From contig JAKFCY010000002.1 of the NCBI GenBank assembly GCA_036676395.1, forward strand, positions 1,344,001 through 1,408,000: a DNA stretch of 64,000 bases, read 5' to 3'. Positions 10,398 to 19,890 of this stretch are shown here, one piece after another (the first letter of the stretch is position 1; the number at the start of each line of letters is the position of its first letter). Under the pieces are notes generated by a model. It saw only the letters and a program-made list of their open reading frames with translations. It made no database searches and was not told where the DNA came from. The position numbers were made by a program, and so were the translations under genes. The stretch is from Bdellovibrio sp. (GTDB taxonomy: Bacteria; Bdellovibrionota; Bdellovibrionia; Bdellovibrionales; Bdellovibrionaceae).

Positions 10398-12037
10398 GAC
10401 AGATCTTCTTTTGGGTCGTCAATTTTTTTGCCGGCTCCCTTAATAGTGGCATAGGCATGATTACATAAAAGACTGGCAATGCGGCGGTATTCGCTTAATA
10501 AATCTAAATGAATCGAACTGGTGTTGATTGAATCTTGCATGCCTCTGTTTAGGCGCGAGATATGGTTTTCTCTGAAGTTTAATTCAATCTTTGCTAGTTC
10601 ACGTTTTAATTGAATCGCACTTTCACACATGGCAGGGCTATCGTAAGCGTTGATTCCCATCGAGGCCACTTTAACAACTTGCGCGTGCATTTGTTTGATT
10701 TCGTTCCAGCCTTCGTTTGAAAAATATAATTTTAAGGCGTGTTTTTTGATCGCCAAAGTTCTGATATTGATATCAATTGAATCGGCTGCGCGCTCAAGAT
10801 CTGAAATGAACATGATCATATTCATCACGTTTTGATTAACCACTGAGGCATTTGAATTAGCCTGGTTTAATAAAAACATTTTCGTTTCGCGGTATAAAAA
10901 ATCAACTTGGTTATCGCGATCTTTAATCGACTGCACTAACACAGGATCTTCTTCTTCGAATAACACCACAGAATCTTTTAACATGCTGATCACGATATCT
11001 GCACAACGCATGATTTCACGCTGCGCATATGAAATCGCTAAAGCCGTGTTATCATAATTGTTCATTGCTAAGTATTCAGTGCCGAATTCTTCTTGTAAGC
11101 CTTTAGGAAACATTTTTTGAATCAGCTGTGAACCTTTAGAAATAAACGGGTAAAAAAGCATTGCTGATCCGATATTAAAGAAAAAATGTGCATTGGCGAT
11201 CAGACGCGAAGTTGTTGTTTGAAACTGACTAACGAATTCAATAAAATAAGTGGTGAGCGGGTAAAAGATAATTACACTTAAGGCTTTGTAAAAGAAATGC
11301 GCCCAAGCCACTTGTTTACCGATGTAGTTGCTGCCGGCAGCCATGTAAAGAGCAGTTGAGGTGGTGCCGATGTTTGCACCATAAACCCAGATGATCGCAT
11401 CATGAGTCGAAATCACACCTGCAGCACATAAACTCATCGCAAGACCGATCGTGATCGCAGAGCTATGCACGAAAGCACAAAAAATCACGGCAGCAAAAAA
11501 TGAATACGCCGAGTTTTCTTTTAAGCCGGTAAAAAAATCAGCTAAAAATGAAAGTTGCGCAAAATAATGCGAACTGATCGAAATCATTTTCAAGCCTAAA
11601 AATAGCATCGCAAAACCCATTACGACTGTGCTTAGGTTTTTTAATGCAGGCTTTTTGCTCACAAAAAATCCGCCAAAGCCTAAAATAAATAATGGCAATG
11701 CATACTGAGATAAATCAAACGAGATCAATTGCACCGTTAACGTCGAACCAATCGCTGTGCCGATGATCACGCCCATAACTTGGGGTAATTGAATCACACG
11801 GGCACTGCCAAGGCCAACGAGCATGCTGGTGACAGCGCCCGAGCTTTGTAAGATCGAAGTTAAACCAACACCCACACCGATTGACAGCAAGCTTGATTTA
11901 GAAAGTTTCGTCATTAACAGCGTGATTCTTTGGGCCATCAGCTTTTCAAGTGAGCCAGAAGCCATTGAGCTTCCGTAAAGAAAAAACGCGATACCTGCCA
12001 AGAAAATTACAATGTGACTATTTTGAAGATCGATCAT
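10394..12037 (-). CDS. Na+/Pi cotransporter family protein with PhoU-like C-terminus
   Basis: Duplicated LQSSGA / VHSSAI and GANIGTT motifs; C-terminal helical region with DLERAAD and SSIHLDLL. Confidence 0.9.
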   Translation of the reverse strand: MIDLQNSHIVIFLAGIAFFLYGSSMASGSLEKLMAQRITLLMTKLSKSSLLSIGVGVGLTSILQSSGAVTSMLVGLGSARVIQLPQVMGVIIGTAIGSTLTVQLISFDLSQYALPLFILGFGGFFVSKKPALKNLSTVVMGFAMLFLGLKMISISSHYFAQLSFLADFFTGLKENSAYSFFAAVIFCAFVHSSAITIGLAMSLCAAGVISTHDAIIWVYGANIGTTSTALYMAAGSNYIGKQVAWAHFFYKALSVIIFYPLTTYFIEFVSQFQTTTSRLIANAHFFFNIGSAMLFYPFISKGSQLIQKMFPKGLQEEFGTEYLAMNNYDNTALAISYAQREIMRCADIVISMLKDSVVLFEEEDPVLVQSIKDRDNQVDFLYRETKMFLLNQANSNASVVNQNVMNMIMFISDLERAADSIDINIRTLAIKKHALKLYFSNEGWNEIKQMHAQVVKVASMGINAYDSPAMCESAIQLKRELAKIELNFRENHISRLNRGMQDSINTSSIHLDLLSEYRRIASLLCNHAYATIKGAGKKIDDPKEDLS

Positions 12038-12068
12038 ACCATTTTATAATACTAGGATAACAGGCTTA

Positions 12069-12473
12069 ATGGCAAATACAGATGTCTTACAAGTAGTCGC
12101 ATTAGCACTTTTTCACCCCGTCAGAAAACGGTACCTGATCGTGCGCAGAAACGCCCAGCAAAATTCAGGAGCAGGACAATGGGAGTTTCCGGGCGGAAAA
12201 ATCGAAGCTAACGAATCACACAGACAGGCTTTAGTGCGTGAAACGCTAGAAGAACTTGGGTTTGCGGCGAACGAATCTGAGCTAAAATTCATTCACAGTA
12301 ATCAATATCAATACCCACAAAGAGTCGTAGAAATTCATCTTTACCGCTATGACAAAGCCATTGATGATTTCATGTTAGTTGATCACGATTTACACGCCTG
12401 GGTCGACGAGACTGAAATCACGACTTTCGATTTAGCGCCGGCCGATATTCCGTTTATTAAATTCTTATATTAA
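12069..12473 (+). CDS. MutT-like NUDIX hydrolase
   Basis: Nudix box WEFPGGKIEANESHRQALVRETLEELG; C-terminal APADIP. Confidence 0.9.
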   Translation: MANTDVLQVVALALFHPVRKRYLIVRRNAQQNSGAGQWEFPGGKIEANESHRQALVRETLEELGFAANESELKFIHSNQYQYPQRVVEIHLYRYDKAIDDFMLVDHDLHAWVDETEITTFDLAPADIPFIKFLY

Positions 12474-12871
12474 TCTAAAAAATATTTTCGCTCTTGCTGC
12501 GTAGGCAGGCGGCAGGTTTCTGATTTGCCAAATAGGCGGTAGCGGTATTTAGCGACCAGCTCGTAAAAAAAATCTGAAATAAAACCCGGCAAAGCATGTA
12601 ACATAATGCTTATTGGTTTGTAGATGCCACCGATGTCACCAAGTAAATAAGCCACAGCTTTTGACCGGCGATAGATTTTTGCGTCACGAAAATACACCAC
12701 ATAATCAAGACCAAGGTCTTGCGGAGGCAGCATTTCACGGGCAGTTGCTCCTTGTAATGGAGCAAAATAGATTTCGCCTTCAGAAAATTTCGGAAGACAG
12801 AAATCAACAAGTGAACTGCACAAGTGGCAGACGCCATCGAAAAAAAGGATTCTTTTCGTATTTTCTTTCAT
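12470..12871 (-). CDS. DCC1-like thiol-disulfide oxidoreductase (DUF393)
   Basis: FFDGVCHLC (DxxCxxC), FAPLQ and YRYRLFGK..TC motifs. Confidence 0.92.
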   Translation of the reverse strand: MKENTKRILFFDGVCHLCSSLVDFCLPKFSEGEIYFAPLQGATAREMLPPQDLGLDYVVYFRDAKIYRRSKAVAYLLGDIGGIYKPISIMLHALPGFISDFFYELVAKYRYRLFGKSETCRLPTQQERKYFLD

Positions 12872-12900
12872 CGACTTTATGATACACTTTTTTTAAGCAG

Positions 12901-13488
12901 ATGAAATGTTTTGTTTTCCCGCTCACGCACGCAAACTTATTTCCCCTTACCACAAAGCCATTAAATATCTTTGAGCCGCGTTATTTGCAGATGATCGAAG
13001 ACTCTTTAGCCACAAAAACCCCAATAGCCTTAGCGTATGTGCCAGAAAACGGTGACACGTTTCGTTCAATCGCAGGATTTGGCTTGCCACAGGTCATTGA
13101 TCAAAGACCGAACGACAACGTACTTATCTTTTTACCGGGGCAGGGTAAACTTCGCATTTTGGTCGAAGATACGGTTTCTGATAAGCCTTATATCATCGCA
13201 GACTGTGAAATCGTTAATGAAGATTTATTTTTAGATGAATCTTTGCAGTCGAAATACAATACGCTGCATACGCTGTTAGTTCAGTGGGTGCAAAAGCATA
13301 TTCCTGACCAAGAACAGCGTGATATTTTTACTCGTAGTCTCAAAGGGCCGCAGGAAACTGTATCTGCGTTTGCTGCGTATTTGATTCGTGATTATGATTT
13401 ACAATACGAGATGATGGAGATTTTTAATATCAACGATCAGGTTAAGTATTTGCATCGGTTGTATGAATCTAATGAGCTTACGATTTGA
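12901..13488 (+). CDS. Stand-alone Lon substrate-binding (N-terminal) domain protein
   Basis: VFPL...LFP....PLNIFEPRYLQMI motif; no AAA+ or protease domain. Confidence 0.85.
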   Translation: MKCFVFPLTHANLFPLTTKPLNIFEPRYLQMIEDSLATKTPIALAYVPENGDTFRSIAGFGLPQVIDQRPNDNVLIFLPGQGKLRILVEDTVSDKPYIIADCEIVNEDLFLDESLQSKYNTLHTLLVQWVQKHIPDQEQRDIFTRSLKGPQETVSAFAAYLIRDYDLQYEMMEIFNINDQVKYLHRLYESNELTI

Positions 13489-13497
13489 TAATTGAAG

Positions 13498-14616
13498 TTA
13501 AGGCGGGTACTGATCACTCGGCACGATCGTGATGATGCGATCTGCAGTCAAAAACTTCTGCAAGGTAAAACGCGGGTGCTCAATACCACCAATACTTTGT
13601 CCCGGAAGCACGCCGATGCGCTCCCACTCTGCTTGCGCAGATTCTGGGGCTTCAAATTGAAGAGCATGGCCGCCGGCAGTGTCAGTTATAAACCAACCGT
13701 AATCTCTGAGCGCTGTGAAGATAATTTTAATTGCACGTTTTTTCTGGCTACTTAGACCAGAGTAAGTCGCAATGAACGCATCGATCTCGCTATCTGTGGC
13801 TTTTAAAGCAAAGCGCATTCCTTCTGGAATGTTTCCGACTTTACCTGGATGTTCAAGTTTTGTTGCTGGTGCTACATAGTACTGACCAGAGGTTCCGATG
13901 ATCGGCATTGAAAGAGCATGTTCAATCACGCCTTTTTCAATTTCCCAAGGGCGCACTAACATGGCAAGGTAATTGATTCCCACACCGCGAGAGCCCGAAC
14001 ACTTTGTTGTATTTGTATCCCAGTTGTTTGTTAGATAATCGCCGGGGCATAGGTTGCCATTACCAATCGTGATTTGTTTCGAAGTAGTGTCGACCACCAT
14101 ATCCCACAAATTCCATTCTCGTCCGGTTGCTGCATCTAAAATAATTGCCTGAGCATCAGTTCCTGCATTTGGCAACCAAGCAGGATTATAAGGAATCATT
14201 TTACCATTTAAATTACCCCAGTTGTTTTTATCGTTGATCACATACATATCAGTAGCCTTTGTCGCATCATAAACTGGGTATGTGTATTTTCTAAAATTAA
14301 GCTCTGGTAATTTGCCGTTAAAGTCTTCCCATAAGTAATCTGCAAACTTTTTACTTTCAGGATGCAACGGCAAATTTTTGACCGGAATATTCCACGGGGC
14401 TTTTGCGCCGTAAGGGCGAACGCCAGTAAAGGCTCGAACTGGCGCTGAAGTTACTGGAGTGGGTGTTGGTGTCGTAACTACTGGAGGTGTTACGGGCGGA
14501 GTAGTTGGCGGAGCTGTTGTAGTAGATTCTTGAGAGCGCTTAGCTTCAAGTTTTTCTTCTCGTGAAGGGCTACAACCAACTAAACATAGAATTGAAATAA
14601 ATAAAATCAAACGCAT
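13498..14616 (-). CDS. Lipoprotein with Thr/Pro linker and uncharacterised globular domain (start ATG 14616)
   Basis: MRLILFISILCLVGC lipobox, then a TTTAPPTTPPVTPP linker and a ~300-aa domain. Confidence 0.8.
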   Translation of the reverse strand: MRLILFISILCLVGCSPSREEKLEAKRSQESTTTAPPTTPPVTPPVVTTPTPTPVTSAPVRAFTGVRPYGAKAPWNIPVKNLPLHPESKKFADYLWEDFNGKLPELNFRKYTYPVYDATKATDMYVINDKNNWGNLNGKMIPYNPAWLPNAGTDAQAIILDAATGREWNLWDMVVDTTSKQITIGNGNLCPGDYLTNNWDTNTTKCSGSRGVGINYLAMLVRPWEIEKGVIEHALSMPIIGTSGQYYVAPATKLEHPGKVGNIPEGMRFALKATDSEIDAFIATYSGLSSQKKRAIKIIFTALRDYGWFITDTAGGHALQFEAPESAQAEWERIGVLPGQSIGGIEHPRFTLQKFLTADRIITIVPSDQYPP

Positions 14617-14623
14617 ATTTCTA

Positions 14624-14631
14624 TTTTCGGC
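14624..14631 (-). promoter_or_regulatory. Putative sigma28 (FliA) -10 box
   Basis: GCCGAAAA on the minus strand, 7 nt before ATG 14616; -35 element poorly matched. Confidence 0.45.
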
Positions 14632-14816
14632 TGAAACAAGAGCGAACAAAATTTAAATATGGATTGATCTCAGTTTGAAACTAAATTTAAATTATTGCTA
14701 GTCGCAGTAGATATAACTTAGTCAGTGGCGTTGATTGTTTTCTGTAGCTAACGAATTAATGATCACCGCAAGTTGAGAACTTGCATGCGCATAAAGAGGC
14801 ATGTTGGAATAGTTGT

Positions 14817-15101
14817 ATGGATAGAAAAAATCTCTATGCAATAACTATGGTAGCTTTAATTGGTGTAGGTACTACAATTTTTGCTTATGAAAGTACAAAA
14901 AAATCTTTTAGGGCTGAAGGATTTAATGATGGCTCGATAATGCAAAGAGAAGGAATTATAGAAAAATTAAACAGTATTAAGAAAATAGAAAATTGCTCTC
15001 AATCGTCATCCGAATTGATTGAAGTATTTTCGGTCAAGGCGACGAGCGTTTATGTGCAAAAAACTAATGATGTCAGTTTTCACTTTTGCCTGATGCGGTA
15101 A
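14817..15101 (+). CDS. Small hypothetical protein with N-terminal membrane anchor (start ATG 14817)
   Basis: Hydrophobic N-terminal helix; fills the gap between divergent and convergent neighbours. Confidence 0.55.
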   Translation: MDRKNLYAITMVALIGVGTTIFAYESTKKSFRAEGFNDGSIMQREGIIEKLNSIKKIENCSQSSSELIEVFSVKATSVYVQKTNDVSFHFCLMR

Positions 15102-15933
15102 CGTTTTTCCAGTTTAAACTTAAAAATCTAGCCCACAGCACATGTGCAATACCTAAGTGAGCAATCTTTAAAGCTACTGGGCTTAAAGTAACTAACGTAA
15201 TCACCCCGACAAACATCGCAAATAAAATTTCTAAAGCAAAACGCGTCTGGTTTTTCATAAATAACCAAATCATAAATCCAGACATAATAGTTACAGCTAA
15301 TACAGGATGCACGATACGAAGTTTGATAAAGATATGCGAATCATGGCTAAAATCTTCAATAATACCTTGAAGTAACGAAATACTCGGAAACAATGTCGCT
15401 GAAAGTGCGGCAATCGCACCACTGACTGATACAACTAAGAACAATAATAACTTCTTAGAAAATTTAAAATTAAATTCAGGGTTGATCGATTTAAACAATA
15501 AATAAGTAACTCCAGTTAACATAAAACTATTCAATTGATGAAGTATCATGAAAAATAAACGTAGATAAGAATCATCAACACTGACTAATTTTAACTTCAC
15601 TAATAAAGCCCCAACCAACGCTTCAGAGATCATCAGACAAAGTAGCGCCACATTTAAATTTCTAACCAGCTTGCGACCATGACTGCGAAGCTTAAAGAAA
15701 ATAAAGATAACAATCAGCCCATAAGCCCCAGTCATCAACCTGTGCGAATACTCAATGAACGTTTTCTTTTGCGTAAGATCCGGAATAAATTCACCCGTGC
15801 ATAAAGGCCAGTGATCACCACAACCATCGCCAGAGTGAGAAATACGAACCCAGGCTCCCCAGAAAATCACGATCAAAGTGTAAACCCAAAACAGGAGTAA
15901 TAAATTCGAGGTTTTCTTTTCTTGCGCAGTCAT
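15073..15933 (-). CDS. ctaA: Heme A synthase (COX15/CtaA family)
   Basis: GAWVR..SGDGCGDHWPLC and EYSHR motifs, further TM histidines, ~8 TM segments. Confidence 0.85.
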   Translation of the reverse strand: MTAQEKKTSNLLLLFWVYTLIVIFWGAWVRISHSGDGCGDHWPLCTGEFIPDLTQKKTFIEYSHRLMTGAYGLIVIFIFFKLRSHGRKLVRNLNVALLCLMISEALVGALLVKLKLVSVDDSYLRLFFMILHQLNSFMLTGVTYLLFKSINPEFNFKFSKKLLLFLVVSVSGAIAALSATLFPSISLLQGIIEDFSHDSHIFIKLRIVHPVLAVTIMSGFMIWLFMKNQTRFALEILFAMFVGVITLVTLSPVALKIAHLGIAHVLWARFLSLNWKNVTASGKSEN

Positions 15934-15938
15934 AAAGA

Positions 15939-16739
15939 TTAGTCTTTCAAACGGTGGTTATTAAAAATACTTAAAGCCTTTTTATAATCAGAGCGGCTGT
16001 ATTTTAAAATATCGGGAATATAATTAAAGTAAAAACGAATCGACGTAAGTTTATTCTTCGTCATGCAACGGCCACGGTTGCGCTGAAAAAGCTCGTAAGT
16101 GTAAAAGCGGTCTTTATGACAAGTTTTGCCGATCTTATGGCGAAACACAGTCGTGTCATCATAACCCAACGTGATTTTGTGCTGATGCGCCCGTAAACTG
16201 AAATCAACGTCTTCCCAATAAGTGTGAAAGCGTTCATCAAAACCTTGAAGCTTTGCAAACGCTTCTTGGTTGATCCAAAATGCCGTACCCGGAATATAAG
16301 TAATTTCGCGATGCTTATGATCAGTTAAATTTTTAAGATGTTTCAATTTACCAGTACGGGGATTCAAAGCCCCCATCACTGAATCGACTTCTTCAGAATT
16401 ACGGCGAAGCAATTTAACCGAACTAAAATGTTTTGGGGCTACCAAGGGCAAACTAATAGCCTCGGTATCATTAGTTAAAAATAAAATATCAGAAAAATGC
16501 TTCAGCGTTTCTTTTAATGTCGCATTCGCGCCACCCGAGAAGCCTTTGTTTTCAGAAATATCGATGTGACGGATATCTGGAAATTCAGATTTTAGCTTAG
16601 CAACGTGTTTTTCTAAGCTTCCGTTGTGAGTCAAAAATACGTTTTCAGGAGCCGCATGGAGCAAAACGCTTTTGAGGCATTTTGCTGTTAGTTCTGGATG
16701 GTTGTAGGATAAAACCGAGATACCATAGGGCTTCTTCAT
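15939..16739 (-). CDS. Glycosyltransferase family 2 (start ATG 16739)
   Basis: VLSYN, NKGFSGGAN, FLTNDT, GFDERFHTYWEDVDFSLRA motifs. Confidence 0.9.
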   Translation of the reverse strand: MKKPYGISVLSYNHPELTAKCLKSVLLHAAPENVFLTHNGSLEKHVAKLKSEFPDIRHIDISENKGFSGGANATLKETLKHFSDILFLTNDTEAISLPLVAPKHFSSVKLLRRNSEEVDSVMGALNPRTGKLKHLKNLTDHKHREITYIPGTAFWINQEAFAKLQGFDERFHTYWEDVDFSLRAHQHKITLGYDDTTVFRHKIGKTCHKDRFYTYELFQRNRGRCMTKNKLTSIRFYFNYIPDILKYSRSDYKKALSIFNNHRLKD

Positions 16740-16807
16740 AAGCTTTTTTTTAAACCTAAAGTAAAAAAGGTTCAAATAGAAGTTTTTAACATGTTAGGCT
16801 ATTGCTG

Positions 16808-18112
16808 ATGAATAAGACATACACCTTGTTTTGGTTTAGGCGTGACCTGCGATTATTCGACAATGCAGGCTTATGGCATGCTTTAAAGCATGAATCTAAC
16901 GTTTTACCGGTCTTTGTTTTCGATGCAGTGATTTTAAAGAAATTGCCCGAAAATGACCTGCGCGTTCAATTTATTCATCAAACCGTAGCCACCCTTAAAA
17001 AAGAGCTGCAAAAAAAGAAATGCGATCTGATCGTTGAACACGGAAGCCCCGTCGAAGTTTTTAAAAAGCTGATCCAGACCTATCGGGTCAAAGCCATCTA
17101 CGCAAATCACGATTATGAACCTTATGCTCGTGCACGCGATGAAAAAATCGCCAAGCTTTGCGTAAAAAATAAAATCGAATTTAAAACATTTAAAGACCAA
17201 GTTATCTTTGAAAAAAATGAAATAATCACTGATCAAGAAAATCCTTATACGGTGTACACGCCATATAAGAAAAAATGGCTTAAGGCGATTTCGCCATTTT
17301 ACTTAAAATCATACCCTGTCGAACTTTATGAATCAAATTACGCAAAAATAAAAACAACAAGTATGCCAAGCCTTAAACAGCTTGGGTTCAAAGAACAAAA
17401 AATCGTATTTCCAGAATCTTCGGTTCATGCTAGCGTTTTAAAAAATTATGCAAAAACCAGAGATCTTCCAGCCTTAGAATCAGGAACAAGTCACTTAGGC
17501 CTGCATTTGCGTTTTGGCACAGTTTCAGTGCGCGAGCTAGCCTGTAAAGGAAAAAAACTTTCTGACGTGTGGTTAAGTGAATTAATCTGGCGAGAATTCT
17601 TTATGCAGGTGCTATGGCATTTTCCGCACGTAGAAAAACAAAGTTTCAGGCCCCCGTATGACAAAATTGCCTGGCGCACGAATAAAGCAGAACTTGAGCG
17701 TTGGAAAAACGGCCAGACGGGTTACCCGCTGGTCGATGCAGGTATGCGCGAATTAAATGCGACAGGGCATATGCATAACCGCGTGCGTATGGTGACAGCT
17801 TCATTTCTAACAAAACATTTGCTTCACTATTGGCTAGAAGGTGAACGTTACTTCGCCGAAAAATTATTAGACTATGATTTGGCCGCAAATAACGGCAACT
17901 GGCAATGGGCTGCAGGCACAGGCTGTGATGCCGCTCCGTATTTCAGAATTTTTAATCCTGAATCACAGATTGAACGATTTGATGCTAAATTTGAATATGT
18001 AAAAAAATGGGTTCCAGAATTTGGTACAGCAAAATATGTAAAGCCGATGGTAGAGCACAAATTTGCGCGCGAACGGGCTTTGGGTGAATTTAAAAAAGGA
18101 CTTGGAAAATGA
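16808..18112 (+). CDS. phrB: Deoxyribodipyrimidine photolyase
   Basis: WFRRDLRLFDN, ELIWREFF, GQTGYPLVDAGMREL..TGHMHNRVRM, NNGNWQW, PYFRIFNP motifs. Confidence 0.96.
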   Translation: MNKTYTLFWFRRDLRLFDNAGLWHALKHESNVLPVFVFDAVILKKLPENDLRVQFIHQTVATLKKELQKKKCDLIVEHGSPVEVFKKLIQTYRVKAIYANHDYEPYARARDEKIAKLCVKNKIEFKTFKDQVIFEKNEIITDQENPYTVYTPYKKKWLKAISPFYLKSYPVELYESNYAKIKTTSMPSLKQLGFKEQKIVFPESSVHASVLKNYAKTRDLPALESGTSHLGLHLRFGTVSVRELACKGKKLSDVWLSELIWREFFMQVLWHFPHVEKQSFRPPYDKIAWRTNKAELERWKNGQTGYPLVDAGMRELNATGHMHNRVRMVTASFLTKHLLHYWLEGERYFAEKLLDYDLAANNGNWQWAAGTGCDAAPYFRIFNPESQIERFDAKFEYVKKWVPEFGTAKYVKPMVEHKFARERALGEFKKGLGK

Positions 18113-19461
18113 AAATATTAATGACGGGTGCCACAGGGCATATAGGAAATTTCGTAGGTCGCAAACTTGTAGATCTTGGTCACGAAGTCGTCGTCGTTAG
18201 CAGATCAAAGAATAAAGCGCTTAATTATTTAGAATTTCCGGCAGAAATTATCGAACACGATTTAGTCGCAGATCCATTGCCTGAAAAAAAGTTGCTGGGT
18301 ATTGATGCCATAGTTCATCTCATGGGTGAAACCGTTGATGGCCGCTGGACAAAAAAGAAAAAAGAACAAATTTTAAATTCTAGAAAAATCAGCAGCGAAC
18401 ATTTAGTTAAACATTTACCGGCAAACATTAAAGTTATTGTTTCTGCTTCAGCGCAAGGTATTTATGGCGATCATAAAGCCCATATGGTGACCGAGAACTC
18501 AAAACTGGGGAGCGATTTTTTAGCCGAAGTCTGCAAAGAATGGGAAAAGCCATTTGTGTTTTTAAATGGCATTCGCACAGTGCAGTTACGCATAGGCCTT
18601 GTGTTAGACCCGCAATCTGGGGTGTTGCGAAAAATGATCCCGTTATTTCAGCGCGGCCTTGGCGGTACTCTTGGCAGTGGCCAACAGTATATGAGCTGGA
18701 TTGCGATTGAAGATTTAACTGAAGTGATTGTTCAAGTTCTAACAAATGATAATTATAGCGGGGCTATTAATTGCGCCACTGATAATCCAGTCACAAATAG
18801 CGAGTGGACTAAGCTTTTAGGTAAACAATTAAATGCGCTGCGATCAGCGCCAGTGCCATCGTTTGCCTTACGAATCGCCGTCGGTGAAATGGCCTCGGCG
18901 GTATTAGCATCAATTAAGCTCGCGCCGACAAAGCTTTTAGCAAATAATTTTAAATTCAAATACCCAAACCTTAAAGATTATTTTGAAAAATCCCTGGCGC
19001 CCTATAAAGGCGGCCAGTATTTCTATTCAGTAAAACAATTCGTACCCCGGGATATCGAAAGTGTTTTTACTTTTTTTTCGCAAGCGGCAAACCTAGAGCA
19101 AATCACGCCACCTTTTTTAAATTTCCAAGTATCAAAGATGTCGACAAAGACCATTCATAAAGGAACGTTGATTGATTACAAATTAAATTTAAAAGGTATT
19201 CCCATGAAATGGAAAACTTTGATTTCAGACTGGAATCCGCCGCACAGTTTTATCGATACCCAGCTATCAGGGCCATACCGGTCTTGGCATCACATGCACC
19301 GGTTTGAAAAGTTAGGAAACGGAACTTTGTTAAGTGATGAAATTCGTTATAAATTACCATTGGGGTTTTTAGGTCAGATGATGGCTTCTACCTTGGTCCA
19401 GAAAGATGTCGAAAAAATATTTAAATTTCGTCGTGAAGTGATACATAAAATTAAATTCTAA
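18109..19461 (+). CDS. TIGR01777-family NAD-dependent epimerase-like protein fused to a C-terminal SRPBCC domain
   Basis: TGATGHIG, RWT...K..ILNSR, LGSGQQYMSWI motifs; C-terminal VFTFFS...NLEQITP, FIDTQLSGPY.SWHH.HRF. Confidence 0.88.
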   Translation: MKILMTGATGHIGNFVGRKLVDLGHEVVVVSRSKNKALNYLEFPAEIIEHDLVADPLPEKKLLGIDAIVHLMGETVDGRWTKKKKEQILNSRKISSEHLVKHLPANIKVIVSASAQGIYGDHKAHMVTENSKLGSDFLAEVCKEWEKPFVFLNGIRTVQLRIGLVLDPQSGVLRKMIPLFQRGLGGTLGSGQQYMSWIAIEDLTEVIVQVLTNDNYSGAINCATDNPVTNSEWTKLLGKQLNALRSAPVPSFALRIAVGEMASAVLASIKLAPTKLLANNFKFKYPNLKDYFEKSLAPYKGGQYFYSVKQFVPRDIESVFTFFSQAANLEQITPPFLNFQVSKMSTKTIHKGTLIDYKLNLKGIPMKWKTLISDWNPPHSFIDTQLSGPYRSWHHMHRFEKLGNGTLLSDEIRYKLPLGFLGQMMASTLVQKDVEKIFKFRREVIHKIKF

Positions 19462-19482
19462 TTGCAGAATCTTTACAATAAA

Positions 19483-19490
19483 GCCGACAA
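19483..19490 (+). promoter_or_regulatory. Putative sigma28 -10 box
   Basis: GCCGACAA, 7 nt before ATG 19498. Confidence 0.45.
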
Positions 19491-19497
19491 TATAGGT

Positions 19498-19890
19498 ATG
19501 GTGTTTGCCGAGATTCCCTACAAGGCTCGTATCGAGCTAAAAGATAATGTAATTACCGTCAGAGGTTCAAAGCTTCTGTTGGATAAAGTTGCGCAAATGA
19601 AAGCGCAATATGGTAATGACCCGCATAAATGGCCACAACAACGAGTTGGATCAGGTGAAGACATTTTAATTAATGAATTTATCATGAAGGCTAATTTTGA
19701 ATTTAAATTCTGTTATACCCACGAAGAGTTATGTCATTGCAGAAACGTCGAAACCGAAAAAGTTTTCGGGGCGATCAAAAACGGTTGTTTTAAAACTGAA
19801 GACGTATCACGTACGACTTTGGCAGGAACCGGTTGTGGTTCGTGCCGCCAAGATATCACAAATCTAATCGAGCAATTTAAGAAGCCTTAA
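19498..19890 (+). CDS. BFD-like [2Fe-2S]-binding protein (start ATG 19498)
   Basis: C-terminal LCHCRNV...AGTGCGSC motif. Confidence 0.8.
   Translation: MVFAEIPYKARIELKDNVITVRGSKLLLDKVAQMKAQYGNDPHKWPQQRVGSGEDILINEFIMKANFEFKFCYTHEELCHCRNVETEKVFGAIKNGCFKTEDVSRTTLAGTGCGSCRQDITNLIEQFKKP

Noticed and set aside
16740..16775. Poly-A tract at the glycosyltransferase 5' end as a phase-variation switch
   Set aside because: The tract lies upstream of the likely ATG 16739, and runs of this length are common in this AT-rich DNA.
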